Shown: positions 30,601 through 37,283 of the stretch, one piece after another
How positions within the stretch are numbered: the stretch's first letter is position 1
Layout: every line of letters starts with the position of its first letter
Source of the DNA: Desulfobacteraceae bacterium
GTDB taxonomy: Bacteria; Desulfobacterota; Desulfobacteria; Desulfobacterales; JAABRJ01
DNA: 64,000 bases
Reading direction: 5' to 3'
Assembly: GCA_022340425.1 (NCBI GenBank)
Contig: JAJDNY010000135.1
Coordinates: forward strand, 2,806 to 66,805
Notes under the pieces: model-generated
Told to the model about the DNA's origin: nothing
The model's input: only the letters and a program-made list of their open reading frames with translations
Databases searched by the model: none
Translations under genes and position numbers: made by a program

Positions 30601-31614
30601 AATCTCGGTGGCATCCCCCACGGGGGTGCCGGCGCCGTGGCACTCGATCAGGTCCACCGCATCCGGCGACCAGCCGGCGGTCGCGTAGGCCCCCTGCATG
30701 GCCCGCAGCTGGCCCTCGCTGGCAGGCGCCAGGAGGCTGCCGTCGATGTCGTTGGAAAGGCCGATGCCCCGGATCACGGCGTGAATCCGGTCGCCATGGG
30801 TCAGGGCGTCCGCCAGGCGCTTCAACACCAGGATGCCGGCGCCCTCTCCCACCACCAGACCGTCGGCGCTGCGGTCGAAGGGGGCGCAGCGGCCCGAGGG
30901 TGAAAGCGCCCGCAGCTGGCTGAAGCCCACCTGGGTGTAGAGACAGTCCGGGCGCGATACGCCCCCGGCCAGGATGGCGTCCGCGCGATGCGCCTGAAGG
31001 GCGTCGCAGGCCAGTTTGAGGGCGAAAAGCGACGAGGCGCAAGCCGCATCCAGGGTGTAGCTGCCGCCGCCGAGGTTGAGCGCCCGGGCCAGAAGGGCGG
31101 CCGGCAGGCCCGCCACCTGGCCGGCCAGGCAGGCATGGCGGTCGATGGCGGCCGGCGTCGACGGCTGTTTGAAAAGCCGGTTTTCCAAGGGACGGCCGAA
31201 TAGCTCCCAGCTGATCTGGGAGGCGGCCTCGCTGGGAAGGACGATGGCGGCCAGAATGGTGCCGATGCGCTCCCGGTCGAGAGGCGCGTGGCGGCATTGG
31301 GCAAAGGCATCGCGGCCGGCGGTGAGCACCAGGTGGTAGAGGGGGTCAAGGGCCGCCAGCAGGTCGGTATCCAGGTCCAGGCCGGCGGGGTCCAGCGGCA
31401 GGGGGTCCACCAGACAGGCGCGGCCGGTAAGGGCCCGGTCCGGCTGGGGCTTCTGGCTGACCATGACCTCCGGGGGCGCGGCCCAGCGCCCCGGCGGGAC
31501 CTCGCGGCAGGTGTCCGCCTTGCCGCGGACATTCCTCCAGAAGGTCTCCACGTCGGGCGCGCCGGGGAAAACGGCGGCGAACGCCACCACGGCGATTGGG
31601 GGGGGAGGTGTCAT
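24652..31614 (-). CDS. PfaC-like polyunsaturated-fatty-acid-synthase-type PKS (KS - CLF - AT - 2x [pseudo-DH + FabA-type DH])
   Basis: 2320 aa.
- KS: DAACASS, CHGAGTPVGD, KSMIGH.
- CLF: second KS-like domain lacking the Cys (VSAEAAAG).
- AT: GYSLGES.
- Pro/Ala-rich linker.
- Two FabA-type DH domains (HFVDDRVMPGTL and HFYQDPVCPGSLG).
I saw no ACP (no DSL-type motif), KR or ER region. Confidence 0.9.
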   Translation of the reverse strand: MTPPPPIAVVAFAAVFPGAPDVETFWRNVRGKADTCREVPPGRWAAPPEVMVSQKPQPDRALTGRACLVDPLPLDPAGLDLDTDLLAALDPLYHLVLTAGRDAFAQCRHAPLDRERIGTILAAIVLPSEAASQISWELFGRPLENRLFKQPSTPAAIDRHACLAGQVAGLPAALLARALNLGGGSYTLDAACASSLFALKLACDALQAHRADAILAGGVSRPDCLYTQVGFSQLRALSPSGRCAPFDRSADGLVVGEGAGILVLKRLADALTHGDRIHAVIRGIGLSNDIDGSLLAPASEGQLRAMQGAYATAGWSPDAVDLIECHGAGTPVGDATEIRSLASLWDGLTWQPQQCAIGSVKSMIGHLLTAAGAAGAIKTLLALQHRTLPPSLHFSVPPAGSPLLDGPFRVQTQPADWEPRAAGKPRRAAVSAFGFGGINAHLLLEEFTDPDPAVPPPAPSAPSVEAPARPAAAIIGMQTFLGPLEGLQAFQEAVFSGSPAIGPRPSQRWRGAETAAAGLLGETGARGAFLADLSVGVGEFHIAPNEIADLLPQQLLMLKAAAGAMLAAGFQGRPERPRMGAVIGVEFDFAATDFHLRWRLLQAAAAWNDRYRLGLDPRALAQWRAALADACGPPLTAVRTLGALGGIVASRIAREYRLGGPTFTVSAEAAAGMRALEIGVRALQRGELDAVLVGAVDITADVRNLTARHGIRALGTGAGVRPFERRAQGTLPGEGAVALVLKRLDQAVADGNRVYAAVAGIGAADGGSIATGLASSAAYRLSLERALGDGGTPAAAVSYLEAHGSGDPAEDRVECAALQSVFSQPAQGAPPASCAVGSLKPIVGHSGAAAGLAGVVKTALCLHHEMIPPLPGLNEPSDDRWHGGPFHFPASAQYWVRNRCEGPRRAVAAAMTSAGGCMHVLLEGVEAAPAATGHQKTHRQRPHPAGELPYGLFCVSASDRDGLTAGLERLERHLKQQGPAAAIASLARSWHRSAAPEGAAALGVAIIAGSRERLKHWIREARGAVREGAAVRLNGPEGVCFTPAPLGPGGQVAFVYPGSGNHFLGMGRAIGVRWPEVLRRMDAATAHLKSQMLPDAILPRRSAWGPGWEKAALAQLAADPLKPIFGQVVHGGLMTNLVRRFMPAPDAAIGYSLGESAALFALGAWPDRGQMLARMAATDLFSTQLAGPCRAARQAWGISADQPFTWTVAVVDRAADAVRPAIARHRHTRLLIVNTPEECVIGGDAQALQAVIAELGCNAFFLDGVVTVHSDAAQPVRQAYRELHLFPTTAPPGIRFYSCAAGRAYELSAASAADAILAQALHGFDFTATVEQAYADGLRIFVEMGPQASCSRMIGRILIDRPHLAVSASVRGEDEPLTVLKLLGHLWTHRLPMSLDFLYGSRGATPETAPPPVFARTVTVPLGGPPPRPTAPPAATAAPAPASAPPPHPAATAPGRFSDLLGPLDAAVEATAEAHRRFLDFADQSQQGFARAFDLQTRLLAELAGAEKPVAPTAATTPRPSAPPPAYSREMCMEFAVGSVARVLGPEFAEVDGYRVRVRLPDEPLMLVDRIVSVSGEKGSLGPGRVVTEHDVLPGAWYLDGDRAPVCIAVEAGQADLFLCSYLGIDLAVRGQRAYRLLDAKVRFHRGLPRPGDVIRYEIAIDRFVRQRETWMFFFHFEGWIGDAHLISMRDGCAGFFTESEVQNSGGIILTESDTRPAAGKRPADWSPLAPLAKEKYDDGQLEALRGGDLSACFGPAFDGLDLAPALRLPGGRMHLIDRVLELDPAGGRFGLGSIRAQADIHPDDWFLTCHFVDDRVMPGTLMYECCGHALRVLLQRLGWVTAKDGAAYEPVTGVEAVLKCRGPVTPATRQVVYEVALREIGYNPAPYAVADALMYADGRRIVAFQGLSLQLSGTTRTELESLWESRRRLASPANALPAAPTEDRPVLFSRDQLLAFCVGNPSEAFGEPYRVFDHERFIARLPGPPYCFMDRITAAEPPPWQLAPGGWIEAAYDIPPEAWYFRAERNGRMPFCVLLEIALQPCGWLAAYAGSALKSPHDLQFRNLGGNARLQREVSTQSGTLTMRARLTKVAKAGDIIIENFDFQVLTGGAMVYEGDTAFGFFTRSALAKQVGLRESPPSGAPDAADPAGGRLLADARPLTPDDPHSSPPAGLAMPARALRMIDRIDIFLPEGGPRGLGYVRGSKTVDPDEWFFKAHFYQDPVCPGSLGIESFLQLLKFAARRRWKELCDTHRFALAAPASHRWTYRGQIIPTSRQVMVEAFVTAVSEGPAPALQADGYLQVDGLYIYKMEGFRLQLRPR

Positions 31615-31790
31615 GGGGGGTACGAACTTCCTTATCTTTTTTCTGGGGCTTCGGACCAGCGCGGCGCGAATGGTATACCGAAGTCATCGGGGCTTGGCAA
31701 GGCTTGATGAACCACGGGTGCGCGCATCCCGCCGCCGCCGGCCCGGGTGCTGGTAAGGCGAAAAATCGCCTTCAGGGAGCCTGCGCGGTC

Positions 31791-31819
31791 TTGACACCTG
31801 GGTGGAATTGCCCTAAATT
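31791..31819 (+). promoter_or_regulatory. Sigma-70-type promoter candidate for the nifX-like cluster
   Basis: TTGACA (31791-31796), 17-nt spacer, TAAATT (31814-31819), about 95 nt upstream of the ATG at 31915. Confidence 0.4.
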
Positions 31820-31833
31820 CGGCCCGTTGATGT

Positions 31834-31851
31834 GGGGCGGCGCGCCGCCCC
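31834..31851. repeat. Perfect 18-bp GC palindrome GGGGCGGCGCGCCGCCCC
   Basis: Read directly. It lies between the candidate promoter and the nifX-like start codon, so it could be an operator or a 5'-UTR hairpin. Confidence 0.5.
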
Positions 31852-31914
31852 GCAGCCATTTGGCCCCGCGGTTAAATATCCGGCGGGTGCTTTCCAAACG
31901 CAGGAGAAACCACC

Positions 31915-32295
31915 ATGCGTATCGCCTTTCCCAGCCAGGAGGACCGCGGGTTCGACAGCCCGGTTTACGGCCACTTCGGCTCCGCCCATTACTTTATCGT
32001 CGTTGAGAGCGACAGCGGCAGCTGCGAAACCATCGTCAACCCCGACCGCGACCATCTCCATGGCCACTGCCAGCCGCTCAGCGCCTTCACGGGCACCCCG
32101 CTGGATGCCGTCGTGGTGGGCGGGATCGGCGGCGGCGCCCTGCGCCAACTGAACGCCGCCGGTGTTCAGGCCTACCGTGCGGTTGAGGGCACGGTGGCCG
32201 AAAACCTGGCCTTGATCCGGGCCGAACGCCTGCCGACCTTCACCCCGGCGCACACCTGCGCCGGGCACAGCCGGGACGGTGCCTGCAGCCACTGA
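31915..32295 (+). CDS. NifB/NifX-family (dinitrogenase Fe-Mo cofactor biosynthesis domain) small protein
   Basis: 126 aa. MRIAFPSQ...VYGHFGSAHYFIVVE...AVVVGGIGGGALRQLNAAGVQAY fits the NifX/NifB C-terminal-domain fold family. C-terminal Cys/His tail HTCAGHSRDGACSH. Confidence 0.8.
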   Translation: MRIAFPSQEDRGFDSPVYGHFGSAHYFIVVESDSGSCETIVNPDRDHLHGHCQPLSAFTGTPLDAVVVGGIGGGALRQLNAAGVQAYRAVEGTVAENLALIRAERLPTFTPAHTCAGHSRDGACSH

Positions 32296-32515
32296 ACCCG
32301 GCGGCAGCCTGCGGCGGTCGATAACCGATCCGTTGTCAACATTTCAAGGAAGATGAAGCAGTAAAAAGTCAAAAACCAGACGGTTTCGAAAAAAGTTCAA
32401 TTTAGGGTGCGCAAATCTCAGCGGCGTGAAGCGTACTCAGTTACGCCGCAGCGACTTCGAGATGCAGCGCAACGCAGAAAGTGGACTTTTTGCGGAACCG
32501 TCAAGGAAGCGAGCC

Positions 32516-32956
32516 ATGAGCAACAACCCGACCATTCAACCGGCAGCTTTCGATGCCATGCACGACATGCTGGCCACCGCGGGTTATTCCGACCGGGCCA
32601 TCGCCTATTACCTGGAGAAGCCCAACATGGGCAAACTGGCGAATGCCGACCAGGTCAGTGAAGTCACCGGGGAGTGCGGCGACACCATGCGGGTGTACCT
32701 CAGAATCGCCGACGGGGTGATTCAGGATGCCAAGTTCGAGGTCATGGGCTGTCCCGGTGCCGTGGCCTCGGCGATGGCGGTGGCCGACATGGTCAAAGGC
32801 GCCAGCCTGGCGAAGGCCCGGTCGATTCGCGATGCGGATATCTTTCGCTGCCTGGTGGGAATTCCAGATCAGAAACAGGACTGTATCCGGCTGGCGGCCA
32901 AGACCCTGCAACGGGCCCTGGAGGACTACCAGCCCGGAAATGGTCAGAAAGCGTGA
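32516..32956 (+). CDS. IscU/NifU N-terminal-domain-like Fe-S scaffold protein
   Basis: The three scaffold Cys contexts are present (GECGDTM, MGCPGAV, KQDCIRLA). Start taken at the ATG at 32516 after AGGAAG. Confidence 0.8.
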   Translation: MSNNPTIQPAAFDAMHDMLATAGYSDRAIAYYLEKPNMGKLANADQVSEVTGECGDTMRVYLRIADGVIQDAKFEVMGCPGAVASAMAVADMVKGASLAKARSIRDADIFRCLVGIPDQKQDCIRLAAKTLQRALEDYQPGNGQKA

Positions 32957-32967
32957 GGGGGTAACCG

Positions 32968-33222
32968 ATGCCGCTTTTCGACTACCTTTGTCCCGACTGC
33001 GGTCAAACTTCCGAAATCCTGACCGGCGCTGGCGCCGAGGCGCCGGTCTGCCCGGCGTGCGGCGGCAACCGGCTTAAAAAGCTGCTGTCCGCGCACTCCT
33101 CTTTTTCCGGCGCCTCGCGGCACGCCCTGCCTGGTTCGGGGGACACCGCCTGCTGCGGTTCCACACCGGGCCACGCAGGCTGTGCCGGCCCCGGGAGCTG
33201 CTGCGGCCACAAGGCCCGCTAG
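32968..33222 (+). CDS. FmdB-family zinc-ribbon protein with Cys-rich C-terminal tail
   Basis: MPLFDYLCPDCG...CPACGG is the CxxC-CxxC zinc ribbon. The tail is ACCGSTPGHAGCAGPGSCCGH. Confidence 0.75.
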   Translation: MPLFDYLCPDCGQTSEILTGAGAEAPVCPACGGNRLKKLLSAHSSFSGASRHALPGSGDTACCGSTPGHAGCAGPGSCCGHKAR

Positions 33223-33878
33223 TGGGGCAGGGCCCGTCGGCCGAACTGAGCGCCTATCAGCGCGAACAGCTCGAAGCCCTGGTTGTGGTGCGCCGCCACC
33301 TGGCGCAGCTGGGGCCGGCCGGGCAAAACCGTCTGCGCCGCCAGGCGGCCCCCTACCTGTTGCTGCGGGCCGAGATGGCCGCCTTTCTGAACGCCAATTT
33401 CAGCGAGACCTGCACCGCCGCCTGCTTCAAAAACCGGGTGAGCGCCTGCTGCAGCCGCGACGGCATCATCACCTTCTTTGCCGACGTGGTCCTCAACGTC
33501 CTGGTTTCCGGGGAGGCGCAGCTGGAACACTTGCAGACCCTCTTGATGCGGCCCCACCTGGGCGCCAAGTGCGTCTATCTGGGCCCGCAGGGGTGCTGCT
33601 GGCGCCTGAAACCCATCGTCTGCGAGCGTTTTCTCTGCGACACCGCCCAGCGCCGGGTGTTCGGCTGTCAGCCGGCTCTGGCAGATGCCTGGGAGGCACT
33701 CAAAAAAAGGGCCAGCACCTTCACCTGGCCCGACCGCCCGATCCTCTTTGACCGGCTGGAGCAAGAATTCATTGACGCCGGCCTTTCCTCCTCCCTGATG
33801 TACCTCCACCAGAGCCCCGGCCTGCTGCGGGTCAAGCGTCGCGCCCGGCAGGCCACCGCCGACAGCACCGAATTCTGA
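33222..33878 (+). CDS. Cys-rich hypothetical protein (YkgJ / CxxCxxCC-like cysteine-cluster family?)
   Basis: 218 aa. GTG start overlaps the previous stop by 1 nt. Cys groups CTAACFKNRVSACC and GCCWRLKPIVCERFLC. Family assignment is tentative. Confidence 0.5.
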   Translation: MGQGPSAELSAYQREQLEALVVVRRHLAQLGPAGQNRLRRQAAPYLLLRAEMAAFLNANFSETCTAACFKNRVSACCSRDGIITFFADVVLNVLVSGEAQLEHLQTLLMRPHLGAKCVYLGPQGCCWRLKPIVCERFLCDTAQRRVFGCQPALADAWEALKKRASTFTWPDRPILFDRLEQEFIDAGLSSSLMYLHQSPGLLRVKRRARQATADSTEF

Positions 33879-33908
33879 AAAGCGCCGGGGACACCGGCTG
33901 CGACTCTT

Positions 33909-36900
33909 TCAGGAGGCCTCTGCAGGCAGGCTGCGCAGCCGCTCCAGGGCCTTGTCGTATTCGTAGGCCGCGATACTCGCCGCCAGCTCGGCGGCCAGCT
34001 CGGCCGGCAGATAGGCGCGCGCGGCGGCGAAGCGCGGCGGGATGGTTTCGGGGTCCGCCAGTTGGAGCGCCTCGGCCAGCCCGTCCAATTTCGCCTGCCG
34101 TTCGGCCGGGTCGGCCGCCGGGCCTTCGCCGCCGGCCGCCGCCGGCGCCGGTGAGATGGTGGCGATTCCGGCCAACACCTCGGCCAGGTGCGTACCCACG
34201 GTGTCCGTGAGGGCCGAAAGGGTCACCGGGTCCGGCGTCTGGCCGGCCGCCAGGGTTTTCTCCAACTCGCGTGCGGCTGTGGAGAGCCGGGTTGCACCGA
34301 TATTGGCGGCGCTGCCCTTGATGCTGTGGGCCAGTTGGCGCAGGGCGTCGTGGTCGCCGCCCGCCCGCAGGTCCTCCAGGGCGGCGGCCGTTGCGGCATT
34401 GTGCTCGGCAAAGCCGATCAGGATCCGGCGGAAGGTGGCCGGGTCGATGCTGAGGGTCTCCAGGGTCTTGCGGACCTCGATCCCCGGCAGGCTGTCGGGC
34501 AGCGGGCCGGCTGAGGGCGGGGGCGCGGCGGCGCTCGCATCCGGCGCCGGGACGGGTTTCGGCAGCGGGCAGGCGAGCTGTGTGGCGGGCCGTTTGATGG
34601 TGCGCCAGAGGGTGTGAAAGAGGCGGTCCTGATTGATGGGTTTGGAGACGTAGCCGTCCATCCCGGCTGCCAGACATTTTTCCTCGTCGCCTTTCATGGC
34701 GTGGGCGGTCATGGCGATGATCGGGATCTGCCCCACGGCGGGGATCGCGCGGATCGCGCGGGTGGCTTCGAAGCCGTCCATTTCGGGCATCTGGATGTCC
34801 ATCAGAACGGCCTCGAAAGCGCCGGCCTGAACCGCATCGACCGCTTCGCGGCCGTTGGCGGCGGTTTCCACCTGGATGCCGGCGGATTCCAGAACCGCGG
34901 TTGCGATCTCGCGGTTGGTGGGGTTGTCCTCGGCCAGAAGGACCCGAAAGCCCCGCAGGCGCTCTTTGTAGATGGAGGCCCGGGTGGTGAAGCGGGTGCG
35001 CGTGGTTTCGCTTTTGGCGGCGGTTTTGCCGAAGGCGTCCATCACCGCGTTGAACAGCTCCGACTGGTAGATGGGCTTGGCCAGAAAACCGTTGATGCCC
35101 TCCCGCTGGGCCGCGTTGCGGACGCTCTGGTCCTCGAAGGCGGTCATCAGGATGATGACGGTATCGCGCTTGAGGTCGCGGCGGATGCGTCGGGCGGCGG
35201 CGATGCCATCCATCCCGGGCATCTTCCAGTCCATCAGGACCAGGTCGAAGGGTCCTTCAGCGCCCGGCTCAGCCCCGAGGCGCTCCAGGGCCTCCTCGGC
35301 CGAGTCCGCGGTTTGGACCGCAAACCCGAAGCTCTCCAGCATCTTCTGCATGATCACGAGGCTGTCGTTGCAGTCGTCCACCACCAGCACGTTGAGTCCC
35401 TGGATGTCGGCCGGCGGCACGAACTTCGGCGGTGGCGGGCCGGCGCAGCGTTCGAAGCCGGCGGTGAAATAAAACGTGCTGCCCTTGCCCAGCTCGCTTT
35501 CCACCCAGATGGTGCCGCCCATCATCTGCACCAGCTGCTTGCAGATCGCAAGTCCCAGGCCGGTGCCCTGGTATTTGCGGGTGGAGGAAGCGTCGGCCTG
35601 ACTGAAGGACTGAAACAGCAGCGGCAGGTACTCCGGTGCGATCCCGATGCCCGTGTCCTTGACGAAAAACTTCAGAAAAACCCGCTCTTCGGTGGTTTCC
35701 GCCGGAACCAGACCCACCAGGATCACGCCGCCTTTGTCGGTGAACTTGACGGAGTTGCTGACTAGGTTGGTGAGGATCTGCTGCAGGCGCAGGGGATCGC
35801 CCACCAGCGTCCTGGGAACACCGGGGTCGATATCCACCAAAAGTTCGATCCGGTTCTCGGCCACCTTGTTGTGGAAGACGTCCACCACGTTGTCCAGGAT
35901 CTCGTCCAGCATGAAGGGGCGGGCTTCCAGGGCCATTTTTTCGGCCTCGATCTTGGAAAAATCCAGGATGTCGTTGATGATCCCCAGCAGGGAATAGGCG
36001 GAGGTGTGGATGATTTCGAGGTAGTGGGCGGCCCGTTCGGGCAGTTTTTCGCTCAGGGCCAGCTCGGCGGCCGCAATCACGCCGTTCATGGGGGTACGGA
36101 TCTCGTGGCTCATATTGGCCAGAAACTCGCTCTTGGCGCGGGTGGCGGCCTCGGCCTGGTCCCGGGCCTGGATCAGGCGTTTCTCCACCAGGCGCCGCTC
36201 GCCGACTTCGGCCTCCAGGCGGAAGTGCGAGGTCTTCAGCCGCCGGTTGAGCTTCATAATGGTCACGGTGAAGCCCGCCAGGATCAGAAAGCCGGCGGCG
36301 ATCAACTCCAGCCAGTACCAGTATTTTTTGAGCACGTCGGCAAAAGTGATCTTGCCCAGGTCCCGGTAAGGCCCGATCTTAAGCTCCCGCAGGAGATCGT
36401 GGACGTCCTGGTAGTTCAGCGGGATGGTCCAGCCGGCGTAGCGCCCGGCAACGGCCGCCGGGTTGTCGAGCGTGATCTGGAGCAGGGCGATGGCAACGGC
36501 CACGCCCAGTTCATCGGAGGTTCGGCCCATTTTGGCGATCGGCCACTCCGGGTACAGGCGGGTGGAGGCGACAAAGGGCAGGTTCTCGTGGGTGACCCCG
36601 TCCACGGGAATGATAAAAAAGTCATCGAGATCGATCTTGTTTTCGGTCTGCATCCGCTCCAGGGTGTCGGTGCGCACCGTGCCGGCGTCGCTCAATCCGT
36701 CGCGCACCGCCAGCACAACGGCGTCGTGGGTGCCGGCAAAGTGGAAGTTCTTCAAATCCCGCCGGGGGTCGATGCCGCGGGCGGCCAACTCGCGCCAGGC
36801 CGCGTGCCAGCCCCCCAGGGAGTGCTCCTCCACCGCCATGAAGGACTTGCCCTTGAGGTCTTCCAGGCGTCGGATGTCGCTGCGCTCCTGGCGGGTGAAA

Positions 36901-37283
36901 ATCACGCCACCGTATCGGGTGAAGCTTCTGCCGGCATGAAGATTCTTGAGGGTGGCGATCCGCATGGCGCCGTATTCGATTTCCAGATCGACGTAAACCG
37001 AGGGGTTGCAGATGATAAAATTAAGCGGCTCCAGACGGAAGGGATCGAAAATCTGATCGTACTCCAGCGGGACGATGACAAACCGTTTGCCGGGTATTTG
37101 GCTGGAGAGGTAGTCCGCAGTGGGGGACCATTTTTCCAAGCAGCGATCGACGCCGCGTTTGGCCAGCACGCCGATCAGGACCTGCTGCGGGGTCTCTTCG
37201 CCGCGGGCGCCTGGAGCCGAAACAAATGTCGCTGCCAGAAGGAGAAAACCGATGAGGAGGGTTGTGCAACGCCGTCTGTTCAT
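33909..37283 (-). CDS. Hybrid sensor histidine kinase (periplasmic PhnD-like binding domain, TM, HisKA, HATPase_c, 2x REC, Hpt)
   Basis: Signal peptide plus a periplasmic PBP-like domain. H-box FLANMSHEIRTPMNG. Two receiver domains (VLVVDDC..., VLLAEDNPTN...). C-terminal Hpt (LAHSIKGSAANIGA). Confidence 0.85.
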   Translation of the reverse strand: MNRRRCTTLLIGFLLLAATFVSAPGARGEETPQQVLIGVLAKRGVDRCLEKWSPTADYLSSQIPGKRFVIVPLEYDQIFDPFRLEPLNFIICNPSVYVDLEIEYGAMRIATLKNLHAGRSFTRYGGVIFTRQERSDIRRLEDLKGKSFMAVEEHSLGGWHAAWRELAARGIDPRRDLKNFHFAGTHDAVVLAVRDGLSDAGTVRTDTLERMQTENKIDLDDFFIIPVDGVTHENLPFVASTRLYPEWPIAKMGRTSDELGVAVAIALLQITLDNPAAVAGRYAGWTIPLNYQDVHDLLRELKIGPYRDLGKITFADVLKKYWYWLELIAAGFLILAGFTVTIMKLNRRLKTSHFRLEAEVGERRLVEKRLIQARDQAEAATRAKSEFLANMSHEIRTPMNGVIAAAELALSEKLPERAAHYLEIIHTSAYSLLGIINDILDFSKIEAEKMALEARPFMLDEILDNVVDVFHNKVAENRIELLVDIDPGVPRTLVGDPLRLQQILTNLVSNSVKFTDKGGVILVGLVPAETTEERVFLKFFVKDTGIGIAPEYLPLLFQSFSQADASSTRKYQGTGLGLAICKQLVQMMGGTIWVESELGKGSTFYFTAGFERCAGPPPPKFVPPADIQGLNVLVVDDCNDSLVIMQKMLESFGFAVQTADSAEEALERLGAEPGAEGPFDLVLMDWKMPGMDGIAAARRIRRDLKRDTVIILMTAFEDQSVRNAAQREGINGFLAKPIYQSELFNAVMDAFGKTAAKSETTRTRFTTRASIYKERLRGFRVLLAEDNPTNREIATAVLESAGIQVETAANGREAVDAVQAGAFEAVLMDIQMPEMDGFEATRAIRAIPAVGQIPIIAMTAHAMKGDEEKCLAAGMDGYVSKPINQDRLFHTLWRTIKRPATQLACPLPKPVPAPDASAAAPPPSAGPLPDSLPGIEVRKTLETLSIDPATFRRILIGFAEHNAATAAALEDLRAGGDHDALRQLAHSIKGSAANIGATRLSTAARELEKTLAAGQTPDPVTLSALTDTVGTHLAEVLAGIATISPAPAAAGGEGPAADPAERQAKLDGLAEALQLADPETIPPRFAAARAYLPAELAAELAASIAAYEYDKALERLRSLPAEAS

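Noticed and set aside
24526-31297. Multiple 150-530-aa ORFs in other frames or on the other strand inside the PKS gene (for example 24526-26124+, 28954-30408+, 30077-31297-, 27395-28123-).
   Set aside because: All overlap the 2320-aa PKS frame, which carries continuous KS/CLF/AT/DH motifs. The alternatives are Arg/Pro/Gly-rich with no recognisable domains.
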